From Trichoplax adhaerens (taxonomy: Eukaryota; Animalia; Placozoa): DNA of 64,000 nucleotides. Under the pieces are notes generated by a model. That model was not told the origin of the DNA. It saw nothing but the letters and a program-made list of their open reading frames with translations, and ran no database searches. The stretch is from NCBI RefSeq assembly GCF_000150275.1, contig NW_002060946.1:7905494-7969493 (forward strand), given 5' to 3'. Shown in pieces: positions 1 to 12,967 of the stretch; position 1 is the stretch's first letter, and every line of letters begins with the position of its first letter. The position numbers and the translations under genes were made by a program.

Positions 1-3000
1 AAACTCGTGCCGTGCAGTAGCCGATAAGAATGAATTCAAAGAATCATGCAATTAGACAATAAGGCGCTCTAGTAATAACTCAATATAAATTCGCAACAGC
101 TTTTAACTACAAGTGTTCTAAAACTACGAAGGCTAAACCTTCATTGTTATTAATTTACATTTCAATACCTACTACAAGTGTCAAATATACTGTATTAGCT
201 ATTATAGTCAAAACAGCTTCTTATTGATTGATTGATTCACAGCGCTAAGTCAATATTCTGATTCCGATTCAGTAAACATAGTATCAAATAACCAATCACT
301 CGGGAATAAATCTTGAATAGATTATCGTAGTGTCATGAACTCTTGATTTCAAAACTGCATGTAACTTAAACTTACTTAAAATCAACATTTTTCTCCCGTA
401 AACAATTGATCTAATTTAGTTGGCGATGGTGGAGAATTGTACCTATCGGCCAAACAGTATAAAATACTCGAAAATTCACTTACTTAGTAGAAATTGCTGT
501 TATAACTTTAGAAAGAATCGATAAAAGGATGATGTGGTTGTCCAGTTGTATATAAGTAATCTGATCACATGATTATTTTAATTGTCTATAAAAAAATTTA
601 GTGTAATTTTTTCATGTATGAGTAATACTAGCTAAATATATTATTTTTTAGTCTATAATTGTATTGTATCAGTTGCAAGTAAATTGTGAACAACCGTGAA
701 AGATACTTGTATATCGAGTTACGGTGTAAATTTTATTAACATTTTAATTTGCAATTATTCATTTCTTTATACGCGTATACCATAATATCAAGTTAGCGAT
801 GAATAACTCAAGGAGGACTTATAAATCACCAAAATAATTGCTTTTGATTATCATTAGCTAGCCTGCAACGCTAGTAATCATTTTTCTGATTTTTATCTCA
901 ATTTAAAAGGAAAGTAATTGTAGAAGGTAAATAAAAATATCTTTATATGTGCATATGATCAGCAGATAGTGTATAAGCATATTCCGTACGTGTTAAAATT
1001 CTCTTAGACAGCGACTGATCATACAAATTTGAATAGATAGCAAATCTTTGTGTCATATATTTTTTGTTATTATACTTATTGCAACAGGAGAAATTACTCT
1101 TGGATAGTAACCATCATAGAAGATTTAGAAAATCTTAAAAGCTTATATATCTCACATTATCCTTACTGTATCTAACATAGCAATAACAGAAATTATAATT
1201 GATCGTTAAAGTTTTAATACCAGCCGGCAAGAAATTTATACAAATTACCTTTGATATCTTTAGAATTGTATGATAAGTTATTCATAAGCGGTAACGGACT
1301 TGAAATTTTTTATAAATAGCAAAATAGTTTAATTATTTCATAATATTATTCTATCTATCTTTACCATCAATAAGTAACTATTACTATAAGATAATATATG
1401 ATATAATCTATTCGCGTATTTGTATACGCGAATAAACCCCTCTGAGAATCAACCAGAATTAAATAAAATCGCTCTACTTACGATTATGGCAATAATATAT
1501 CCTTTTATAATTAATTGAATGATAATGGTATACAGTGTGAGTATACAGTCGAAATGATTAATTAATTAACTCATTAATATTCAATCTGTCGCTAGCCTTA
1601 AAATAGGAAAACAATTCTAAAACTACAGTAATCAAAATAACAATAGAACTTAATTTACATAGTAAATGTTAATCTAACCTATCCCACATCATCAACAATA
1701 GGACTGAATTTGAATGCTTGAAAAGTAACGACAACTAATAAATCTACATAGTGGAAATAATAGTTTCTATTACTTCTTTAATGTTTCCGACAACTACGAT
1801 TTTGAACAAGATATTGTGGCTATCCACTTCATGTAAATAATCGGACACTATATTGTGCTGTATCTAAGGACAATTGTTAAGGTAGAACTGTTGAATTGAT
1901 TCAATTATCCTTCTCCGTTACTTATTTACTGTCCGGCTATTGCTAGCAGTAGTGAGCAAGGGCGCCGATGGTAACAGCGTGAGAGTCGATTTTCTCTTAT
2001 TATTTTGTCGTCAATAAAGTAATAACTTTATCGCTCTTCGATGTATTTCCACCGTATTTGTACGTGAAACTGCAAGTTAGCCCTGGATGACAAGCTTGAA
2101 ATGCATCAAGGTAACATACATGTAATACCATAAATGAAATATATTAAAAATAAATAATTTCAAACCTATAAATATACTCTGATTTCCTGATTCTTGCATG
2201 AGGACAGATCGAGTAAATAACGACGATAGTGCATACTTATAGCTTAACTAGAAACTCACTTTAGTCTTGCAGCATCTACAATTTATCGCTAATAACATTA
2301 CTAAGAATTGGTAACCTGGCGTTGATGTCATACTGAGAGCCTTTAAGTAACATTATAAATTTCTAAATCGCTTTCAAAGGACTCTGTTCATACGATTTTA
2401 GCCTACAGGCTTATCTCGAGTAATTAGGATCCAGGAATTAATTGCCTTCTTCATGATAATATATCGCTAAAATATTAATTAAAGCCAGATATATCGTCAT
2501 TAATTACGAATATCACCGATTTATGACAATGTAGCATTAATTCCTCAACAGAATTTGCTCGGAACATAGAGACTTTCCATTTTTATTTAAGGTTTTTATC
2601 ACGTCTTTATCGGTGATACGGGATCAATGTTATGAAAAAGCCCTTATTTATAAACTCTACCAATAATTTCTTAATTAATGCTATAAATTGCACTTGAAGA
2701 TGACTTGAGAGAGAATGATAATATATTAGCTCTATTAATAGTATGCTTTACAACCTTAAATTTCATAAAATTTTAAAATTACCGTTGCCAAACTAAGATA
2801 TTACTGTATAGACGAAAACCTTTAAAAAATGATAATTTCATATTGGTGGTGGAACAAATTAGACATATACCATCTCAGATGAAGCCGAGTCTCATTTCTA
2901 AATTGCTATAACTACGATAAATTTATCAAATGCTATTAATTCTTGAGTTATTGATAATAAAAATGTATTCTTCAATATATCTCATAATAGAATGGATAAA

Positions 3001-4029
3001 TGAGTAAAGGTTGCCGTTATGTATTCTTAGTCAATATGGTACCTATTAGAATCGTTGTCTCACTTTAGGATTGCCTTAATTGAGTTCTTCTATATTTTTA
3101 TTTAAGTCTACTTAAAATCGTAAAAGTGAAATTTTTTCACTGTTATCCTTTCAGATTACCATTCAACTATGTAACTTAATTAGCACTTTTCTTAAATTAC
3201 CAAATATTATTGTGTGGAAACTGAAAATAGTCATCAATTTTTCTACTATTCTATTCTTTGAATAAATTGTAATTTAATATTAGTATATTACTACCTATCG
3301 TAGTAAAGAGTAATAAAAGTACGTTATTATAATTGTATTGAAAAAATTTGTACGTTTCCTAAATTTATTTCATTCCTCTTTCCTTTTCATTTATTTCAGG
3401 TATATAAAATATATTCACATTTATTAATGATGCCGACTTGCTACAGCGTAACGTTTTAGATTTATTCATAGATTAAAAATGATGGAACTAAATAGATAGC
3501 CGTGATAAGGAATAGTAGCTACAATAACAGCCTTCTATAATTTACTGCAGTATATCGCTAATTTATGACTTTCTCGTTACATACAATAATATTATTTCAA
3601 TTATTCAATTTTTTTACATCTATCATATTTCTTACTAAGTAAATAGCTCGATCAAGAAACTGATTATATATATTAGCTATCATTGCTATTAAATTGATTA
3701 CTAAATAATGATATTTCACTTTATTAATTCGGTAATTCTTGTATAAATTGATAATCTAATAATAATATCATCGATCTTTTCAATTTTTCTTCTCCTTAAG
3801 ACGGAAATTGCTCCAATCTTTACCTATTACAATGTACTGGAAAGAAAGGGTAATAATTCATAATCCGATTACCTTCATGTCAAGCTACATCATCAGCCTT
3901 AAAACTCTCCTTGAAAAAGACTAATAAATTTCAATCTAAAGATTTTCATTAAATAGTCGTTCTCACATAACCTCATAACTAAACTATTTCTAGTTGTATC
4001 GTTTAAAGTACTGAAGTCTTTTCATTAAA

Positions 4030-5106
4030 ATGAACAGGTCTTGCAATGATGACAACCTTACGGCACCAATATCTTATGCTGTTACTCTGGGTGTCGCCTA
4101 CGGTGTTATATTTGTATTTGCGGTTATAGGTAATCTCAGTTTAGCCATCGGGATTATTCAAAACTGGAGTAAAATGAAAACACTAATGAATGTGTTAGTG
4201 GTCAATTTAGCTATATGCGATTTGGGATTAGCCATTATTGGCATGCCTTTTACTGCAGTTCATGATATTTACTTATACAATCCCCTTGGCGCTGGATTCT
4301 GTTTTGTATGGTTAATCGCTATGGTTGCATTTTGGTCAGCTAATATGATAACAGTAACGGGAATTGCTATTGAGCGTTTTGTTAAAATTATTCACCCGGA
4401 AAAAGCCAAGCTACAAGCCAAAGGTGGTATTATCTTGGTAATCATATGTTGGATTATATCATTCGGCATGGCTATTCCATACGCACTTGATATTGTTAAT
4501 CATTATGATAATCGCCAAGATCGTATTATATGCTATAATATCCAATCCAATTTGATTGGTCGTCGGGCATTCATCATCTTTGTATTTGTGTTCTTTTTTA
4601 TCGTACCCGTTTTGGTCAATATCATGCTCTATTCCATGATTGTCTATTTCATCTATTCTAAAGCAAATGAATTAAGATCTAGAAGTGAGAATCTGCGCAA
4701 AAGAAATAGTAAAGTAGTTACAATGTTAATGATGGTTGTGGCGTTATTTATATTATGCTGGTTTCCATTTCATTTATCACAATTATTACTGAAATTCGAG
4801 CCACAAACTTTGTGCCCATTAAGTGGTCGAATTTTTATTGCCATTTGTAATTGGCTAGCGTTATCTCATTGTATGGTTAACCCTATCATATTTGCTTCTC
4901 GGAGCGAAATTTATGGTAAGGTAATGGCGGGTGTTTGTAAACGTGGAAAGAACCGAATTCATATTTCGCCATCTGTACTCAATACTGATACGCACTCTGC
5001 TGCTGCTAATAAACAAACCATTAGAAAATATAGCCTTAATGACGATCGAAAAAATCGAATACAACCTGTGAAGTTGCGTCGTTCCGCAACTGTACAGAAA
5101 TTTTAA
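4030..5106 (+). CDS. Intronless rhodopsin-like (class A) GPCR, peptide-receptor-like, 358 aa
   Basis: Seven hydrophobic segments with class A motifs: TM1 GN, TM2 NLAICD, TM3 IAIERF (DRY variant), TM4 W, TM6 CWFPF, TM7 NPIIF; conserved TM3/ECL2 cysteines; N-terminal NxS/T sites. Ligand cannot be assigned from sequence. Confidence 0.92.
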   Translation: MNRSCNDDNLTAPISYAVTLGVAYGVIFVFAVIGNLSLAIGIIQNWSKMKTLMNVLVVNLAICDLGLAIIGMPFTAVHDIYLYNPLGAGFCFVWLIAMVAFWSANMITVTGIAIERFVKIIHPEKAKLQAKGGIILVIICWIISFGMAIPYALDIVNHYDNRQDRIICYNIQSNLIGRRAFIIFVFVFFFIVPVLVNIMLYSMIVYFIYSKANELRSRSENLRKRNSKVVTMLMMVVALFILCWFPFHLSQLLLKFEPQTLCPLSGRIFIAICNWLALSHCMVNPIIFASRSEIYGKVMAGVCKRGKNRIHISPSVLNTDTHSAAANKQTIRKYSLNDDRKNRIQPVKLRRSATVQKF

Positions 5107-7584
5107 TCACTGGCTAGACTGATAGCTTATTACTTTTTTTATCGGTATTAAGTACTTCATACAACAATCTGCGCACGGTATTTAGTGTTACTAAATTAAA
5201 ATTGAAGCTTGTTTGAGACAGAATTTAGCTGACTTTTTATTCATTCGCTTTAATTATAATACATTTTAACTAGGCTAGAGGATTACAATTCGTATCTGAG
5301 TATAGTTTACTTGCTTGATCATCTACTCTTATTCACCTTGAACTGGCAAAGATAATGTAAATAATGATCACCTTATTTGTTATTGAGTAATATATAATTA
5401 TCCTTGACTCATCGTTATATCGATCGATGCATAAAATTGAACCCTTTGCCAATTGGATAGACCTCTCTTTAGAGCAGTCTTTTGTTAAATGGAGGTTACC
5501 CAAAAATTACTACCGCTATTACAACTGCACATACGTCGAGATTTTTCTCATTGATTAGCACTTCCTGAAGTAGTTAGAAGGAAGCAAAGGTGTAGAATAT
5601 GTATACTTACAGCATTGAATTGAATTAATTAGTAAGACTTCTAATTAATTTTGATGGATAGCATAAATATGATCGATGTCATATTTATATATTTAATTGC
5701 AAAATTATACGTTGTGTGGTCCAATATAGGTAAGCAAAGAAGTTTTATGTTGCGATTCTTACAAATCACTTAATTTATCAGTGAGGCAATGTCTGTTCAT
5801 GTTTTCTATTTGCAAGATAGATTTGGTAACATTTCCTAGTCTTGATTATTATTTAGTAACCCATAGCTCATATCATAGCTTTGGGTTATACTGTCCCTGG
5901 GATACTCAAAACTTAAAAATTTTACTATTTTGTAGCTCTTGTATCCGTTACAGATTGAAAACTTATTGATTGCGATATCATACGCAGTATCTGAATAATA
6001 CTTTCTGTTACCAATACTTCCAAATCTGCATATACTGTATAAATTCGTAATTTTTAACAATTTTTTTTGAACTCTATGTTATTTAAATTAAATCTATGAC
6101 TTTGTAATTTACTCGATATGTAACTCTAATAAGTTTTTACACTGGTACAATATCCAATAACTTACGATAGCAGATTTTGCTATTCTTACACAATGGATAT
6201 CATGAAATTGCTATTTTGTCAAGAGAACTGTAAATAGCCTTGATTCCTTGCATACATTGTAATTCACTTACGATTAATAGGTAATTTACAATTGTAATCT
6301 CTAACAAACTATAATGAGCTTGAGAAAGTTAATGCGATGTTTTCATTGTGTGCGAGATGATCAAAAGCGCACTTAAGCTACCTGCAATAAACTCATCATA
6401 AAAAAATAAAGTAAATTCTATTTGCTATTTTATTCTCAAGGCGCATCTTCTCATATACTCTTCTTAGGATATAATCGCTTAAGAAAGTACCGTACTATAA
6501 GTTAATTTTTAATGCTGATTATACGTTCTGTAATGTTTGTGATTATATTTATAACTGAGTATTTATTTATAAAATACAGTTAAGGTATTAGGACATGCTT
6601 TAGAGCAGTAGTTATAGTCGTATCCAAGACAACAAGAAAACGTATTATTTTTATTTCTCATTTAAACTATAACTATATGCTAGACCTATTCGTGATCGAT
6701 ATATCGAGAGTGAAATCAGGATAGGCTATACTCCGTGTCAATTTTCTTCTACCAGTTCGATCTTAAAGCCAAAGTAATAATTTTACTTTGTGATCATCCA
6801 TAACTGAGAGTCAATTATAGAACCTTCTATGCTAATGGACAAGGAACTGTACAAAATCTACTTCACAAGCGAAAAAGGAAAAGACGTATAAAATAAAATT
6901 AATCATGTAATTAAGCCATGGCAGGGTGTTGGAAAATTTAGACTTTCCACCATACTTTCTTGCCTTGCAGTACAGACGGACGCTAAGCCTAGATGATATT
7001 ATTGCTACTCATAAATAAATAAATACTTATTCGTTATACTTTTTGTATACTAAAGTCTACCGTGGAATAAGCATTTGTCGAACTCTATGGTAGCACTTGG
7101 TCCTATACTGCTTTCTATCTGATATTTTCAGTGCCTACTTATTCATCGCCAAAATTTGATATCAAACGTAGTCCAAATTATTTGCATTCTCCGATATACT
7201 ATATGTCCGTAAGAATATTGAGTCATAGCTAATGTAATCTACTACAGTTCTTCTTAGTATTGGATACAATGCTGTACGATATTATCAAGAAGAAGCTATA
7301 GCAATTGTACTTATCACCTTGTCTATTGGAGGACTTATGAAAGCCAAGCTAATTCACCTGTAATTGCTCAGGAAAACATCTGAGACTTCGCCTAAAGTAG
7401 TTTTCGAATTGTAGGAAGCTTTCTAACTAATCTCGCTAGCCAAGTATTCCTTTAAATGGATCATGTAGTAGTGGTCAAGTTACTTAAATCAACACTCTAG
7501 TTATTACAAATTTCCGTTCTTTCATGATCAGTAGCTGTTTAAAAATTAAAATTGCTTGAACATCCGTTCATTCATCTGTCATCG

Positions 7585-9680
7585 ATGTACCTGTCCTTGC
7601 TCAAGCGAGTTGCCTTTAGCAGAGGATTGACCAAAATCTATACAAGAACGTTTATGTTGATGAGCCTTGCATCATGTTTAAATACGCATAGTAGATTAGC
7701 AACTAACGTTCGGGAAATATCACATTTAAACATGTCAGATAATACCGAATCCATCAAACCAGACACTAACGATGATGATATCATCCCTTTGGATAGTACG
7801 ATCTTGTCAACGGCTAGTGAACATGGAAGTTCGCAATCGAAGACGAAGCGAATTGATGAAGTTTCACTGTCAACAAATGGTTCGACGATGTCATCGTTGC
7901 CTCTTACCTTCGCCAGCGATGCTCGTAACAGCGAAATTTTAATTACACAAGACCAGTCAAACATGATCGAAACGGTCACAGAGACTGATCTAAGTTGCCC
8001 TGCTGAAGTACCATTCTCGCAAGAATTACTTTACATGGCTGCAGGTAAGTACAGTAATTTTTACAGTTTGTATTTTATCGAGAGTATGACGGTCATCCAA
8101 GACAGAGGCTGCAATATGGAGTCGCGTTCATGTTCCAAGAATTTTTTTCTAAACTTGCAATATTATATAGTGTCATAAAACAGCTTTCGTGATCGTTCCT
8201 GAACTAAACTATCTACTCTTAAAGGTTCCCCGACTAACTCCGGAGATCCTCAGTAAAGGAAAACTAGCTTATTCCTATACTATAGAAAACGATGCCATGG
8301 TGGCCATTTGCACTGTAGATTATGTTACAGCATGCATATTAATAGTTTAGGTGTAAAGGAAACACTCGAACAGATTGATATATTGTATGAATTCTCTGCA
8401 TGATAGCCGAGTAGTATTGGATGTGTAGTTTGTTACTGCATATCAGCCAACTCACTCTGACTAAGAACGCTTCCTTAGCGATAGACAGAGAAGATATTAT
8501 TTATAGCTGCTTTTATATTTACTTTCATAGCTGGAAATTTATTATTTGTTGTCGGCAATACTAGTAAATTGCGATTCTTCTCAAAATATTTATGATCTTA
8601 CTTACTGTACTTTAACGCATTAGCTTTACATGAGGATCAAGGCTTGGTGTGCGATGAACCGAATGTGTCAGCAGAACATGGCGACAAGACGTCAAAGAGA
8701 AGGAAAAGAAAAAAAGCGAAACGCGAACAACCCAATTACTTTATTTCTTTAAGACTGTATAATCGTAATATTCGTCAAGAACTCTCCAAAATTCAGGGGG
8801 AAATGATAGCTCAGGATGAACGACTAAAGTTCGCTGCTGTATCTCCGGCTAAAATTCATATCACCCTTTTTGTAATGGCTTTAAATACAGACGAAGAAAT
8901 TACCAAGTTAGTTGTATTACGCGTGGCGATGTCTTAAAATTATGATTAGTAATCTGCTAATATCGCTATAGTCGATGATTGATCGGATCAAAGAATTGAC
9001 CAGTCGATTTTGATAGCGTTCTAGCAGCATTAGTGGCGTAATATCTATGAAAGCGGCATTAGCAATTGTAAAGGAACTTGATCAAAACAATTCTTCTTTT
9101 ACAGAGCGGAAGTTGCCTTGAAAAGTGTAGAGATGGAATTGCAGGAATACGTATCACAACGTGAACAATCTTCTTCAATATCAATTGAAAGCATTTCACA
9201 TTTCAATCAAGGAGTTGTTTTTGCCCAAGTCAAAGATGACGTAGGATTCGACATGCTTAAAACGATTCGAGGTAGATTAACTTTCAAATTTGATATTATT
9301 AATACGCACCTGTAAATAGGAGGTTATATTTCGATTTGTGCAGTTTTCAGGTACACCGCTGTGAATTTCTCCACGAGTTGTAACTCATTCTAATTGTGAA
9401 ATATCTTTCTATAGCTAAAGTGCATAAACTATTCCTGGAAAAGAACCTAGCAAATTGTGATAGCAAACCGTTCAAACCCCATGTTACTATCTTCAAATTA
9501 TCTAAAAATCCCAAGAAACTGAAGAAATTAGGTATAGCTAAATTAGACCCAAAAACTTACGAAAGCTGGAAAGATCATCATTTCGGAATTGAAAAAATGC
9601 GAGGTCTTCAATTATGTTCTATGCTTTTACCACCTGAAAATGACGGTTTCTATCGATGTATAAGTACTATTGATTTTTAA
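7585..9680 (+). CDS. AKAP7: AKAP7-like 2H phosphoesterase (2',5'-PDE / LigT-like fold), 4 exons
   Basis: Exons 7585 (or ATG 7732)-8044, 8624-8906, 9105-9271 and 9415-9680 join in frame via GT-AG introns (phases 1, 2, 1). Basic NLS KRRKRKKAKR followed by QPNYFISL, two HxT motifs (HITL, PHVTI) and FKPHVT..KLSK, all typical of the AKAP7 central domain. Start codon uncertain. Confidence 0.85.
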
Positions 9681-11206
9681 TCATCCTCCTTTTAATTAGT
9701 TCCATATTGGTAATCGTGCACATTTTTAAAGATCTTTCAGAATAATATTAAGTTCAAGTACAACATGTTAACATACTTATGTTATGTAATGTATATAGCT
9801 ATTTGGTTATCGCGAACATTACTTTAAAGTCTACCATTTTATCGTTGAAATTAATAATAAATTATCGTTACTCTGTACACACTCAGGTACTGCTATATCC
9901 AGCCAAGTCGTCAAATACGAGTCTCAAGAGTGCTTTCTTATATGATAAAAGTAATTGATAGCATTCATTTTATGCTGTTACCTAATTTAATCCAATACGA
10001 TTGCAATCAGTCGCATACTTTTCTAATCTGCTTTCACTAAATTTGTGAAATCAGTAAGTTTGTTGCCCTTAATAATTCACTTAACTGGGAATATACCATC
10101 ATTATGATATATTTTAAGTTAAGTTAAGGCAATCCATTTCAGCTACAAGTTGCATATAAAACTATAAAATGTATTATAGACTGATAGAGATACTTCACTT
10201 AGGACAAGAGTTTTCAACTGTTTAATTGTGTGTACTCGGGTATAAAGTATTTGTATTGTTTTGGTTGAAATCCGTACTAATCTAGCTAGCCCAACATTTA
10301 ATAATTGCAAGATCCTAAACATTGCAGATAGACTTTAAAAGAGTAACTCTTGAAAGTATTCCTTTATTCTTAAAATAATTTGCTGTTTGCTAGCATTCAG
10401 TATTTCTTGCTTTGCATACATTACGTATTGTGACAAATGATAGTCAATTTCCTTGTTTATCATTTTCTGTCGTATATTACCTTACTGTACGAGAATACCA
10501 CCATTCCATCATCATGCGCCTTACTAGCAAAGGATACATTGCAAACCATAGCATAAAATGATAGTATGACCGAGTAATTAAAATAGTGAGTGTAATACAA
10601 ACTCTATAAATTGATTTCATATTAGAATGAGAAATTATTTGAAAAATACGAGTCAAAGAGGAATATTTTATAAATTTTGAAGAAGATTTACGCTACCCGC
10701 GACTGTCTATAACAAGCCCTAGATCAAGCAAACGTTGTTTAAATTTCAACACAGACTTACATCAGGTAGGTTTAGACAAGATCAAATAAATAGTAATATG
10801 CTTTAATCAGGTATGCCCTTGTTAATGTAAAAGATAATATGAATTACTATAAGGTTCATTTTTGTGATGGTGATTTCTCCACAGTGTAGAAATAATTTAA
10901 AAGTAAAGTGTGTAAACGAGAAATTAAATCGTTATGCCTTCAATTCTACCACAAGCATAGACTAACATACGTATATTCAATATCAGCAGTAGTCCATTTT
11001 TTGTCTGCTTTCTACTGGTATTGCATATCAGGTTGTAAATTGATTGAATTCAGTTAATGCCGAGTATTATCATCCGAAAGTATACTTTTAAAGCGTACAC
11101 AACATATGCAATGGACATCAATGGCAAATTCAAATGAGCTCAGGTCATACACATATCCAGTTTACTACTCGTATAAAGTAGAATAATGGCATCAATACAA
11201 CGTAGG

Positions 11207-12172
11207 CTAAAACGGAAGATTAGCTCTGGTAAAGGATGCATTTGCTAATCTAGCTCGATCGTAGACGAATAATCCAACACAAATAATACATACAGTTATG
11301 ATAGAAAACCATGACATGGCGTAGCCAAAGATAATCCAAGCAATCAACGTTGTCATGGATAATTTAATAATCTGAATGAACTGAGTTGATATTCGAGATG
11401 ATTGAAAGAAAGTGATGAAGTGGAGGAGAATCCAGGCAAAGATTAATGTTGCATTCAATATTACTAAGACAGTATAAGATAGGCTGATAACGCTTGATAA
11501 CTTCCATACAATATTGTATTCAAAGAGGATACAATAAACCAAGACGATGCCACAACTAATACGCGTGGTTGCATGAAGTAAGACCAACGAATCGAGCATG
11601 ACTTGATGAGCTAAAGCATTCAATAAAATCAAGCCAACACTGCTGAAGACCACGTAGAGCGCAGTGAATAGAAAGGATGAAAATGAAATTGTTTCTTGAC
11701 TAATAAAGCATAAAATGACACCAGCCATAATGATACCATAGGCAACGTACATGATCGGACTGATACTAGGTGCTCCTTTAATTTGGCGTAGTAGTATGGT
11801 GATCAATGGTATCAATGATGCAAAAGCTTCAATAAATTGTACATTGGCTACCGACAAGGCCAAATATAAGGTAGCACAAATTTGCGCTTGAACAACAGCG
11901 TAAGTTAATATCTGATTATTCACCTTAGAAGGCCAATTGAATTCACTGTCTAAGGATTTACTACTATAAAACTGGCCAAATTTACTATAGCATAGCATCA
12001 CATAGGAAGCCAAACTTACTACAGTTAGTAATACAAAAGTATTAAAAAACGGATAGTGATTGGATGTAATATGCATTAGCCATTTACTGGTGTTGATAAA
12101 TACAACATGGATAAAGACGGATAGCGCCAAGGAGACTTTGGGGCTGTGCTCTAAAGTAGTTAAGCGTTGCAT
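11207..12172 (-). CDS. Intronless SLC35 / triose-phosphate-transporter (DMT superfamily) nucleotide-sugar transporter-like protein, 321 aa
   Basis: About 10 hydrophobic helices; N-terminal 'VFINTSKWLM...YPF' and C-terminal 'IIKLSMTTLIAWIIFG...VGLFVYD' match the SLC35/TPT pattern. Divergent; subfamily not resolvable by eye. Confidence 0.72.
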   Translation of the reverse strand: MQRLTTLEHSPKVSLALSVFIHVVFINTSKWLMHITSNHYPFFNTFVLLTVVSLASYVMLCYSKFGQFYSSKSLDSEFNWPSKVNNQILTYAVVQAQICATLYLALSVANVQFIEAFASLIPLITILLRQIKGAPSISPIMYVAYGIIMAGVILCFISQETISFSSFLFTALYVVFSSVGLILLNALAHQVMLDSLVLLHATTRISCGIVLVYCILFEYNIVWKLSSVISLSYTVLVILNATLIFAWILLHFITFFQSSRISTQFIQIIKLSMTTLIAWIIFGYAMSWFSIITVCIICVGLFVYDRARLANASFTRANLPF

Positions 12173-12639
12173 GATGAAGGTTTACAACCGACTATTGAAG
12201 ATGGAGAGGAAAAGATTAACAAGACACATAAAGTAATGAATCCAACATCCACAAAAAAGATATTGATTTTGAATAAGAAGCAACAATGAATGAATGCTGA
12301 AGAGAGAGATTGAAAGTTGGCAATCAAAACAATCAATCCTTTGATTCTATACCAAGTTGCAACTGTATTGGAATCTATCGACACTGATCACTCCTATCGT
12401 TGGATGACTTCAAGAGAATGGCGCAACCTTATCGTCTTTTAAAAGACAGAGAGCATTGGCTTAAAGTAATCGTTTGCTAGTAGTGGATTTTAGCCAATAT
12501 TGTTGGAGTGAGTTCTGAGCCAGCACGAAGAGGGGCCACAGCAAATCAATCGACTCCAATCAATCAAATCTGTTGCATCGGATCGATGCCACGCAAGACG
12601 GAAACAGCAGTGCCACTGCCCATTTTGCTTCCAGCCTCA

Positions 12640-12912
12640 GTACCGTGCATACTTTACGGTACCGAGTAGTCTGTCTGTCTGTCTGTATGATGGGTCTCAC
12701 TTCAGCTTCCAGTCGAGTACAGTACATTGTACGCCCAGTGTACACTGTACAGTGTACAAAACTTCCAGTCTGTACTGTACGGTAAATCATACAATGAAAA
12801 AAAAAAATGATGTTGTTTTGGACTAACATTGAATGTTTGTACATTTAACAAATGTACATTTTGTTGTACAGTACTGTACTAACATCATTTGTCATTGGAG
12901 TACTGTACAGGT
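12640..12912. repeat. GTAC-rich low-complexity cluster (CAGTA/CTGTA/CGGTA pentamers, short (GTCT)n)
   Basis: Dense runs such as gagtacagtacattgtac, gtgtacactgtacagtgtac, ctgtactgtacggta and tgtacagtactgtac, located 0.5-0.75 kb upstream of the SLC35 start. Confidence 0.75.
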
Positions 12913-12967
12913 AAAAGGAAAGAAAATGTTTTAAGGTTCAACTGGCACTATGCTAACGTTAATGTCA

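Noticed and set aside
12160-12384. ORF upstream of the SLC35 gene as an extra coding segment
   Set aside because: Different frame, non-ATG start, no family motif, and the 321-aa ORF already begins before the first predicted helix; likely 5' UTR.
12560-12844. Overlapping ORFs 12560-12844 (-) and 12573-12785 (+), and likewise 32996-33290
   Set aside because: Their Cys/Thr/Val/Gln/Tyr-rich translations are by-products of the GTAC pentamer clusters.
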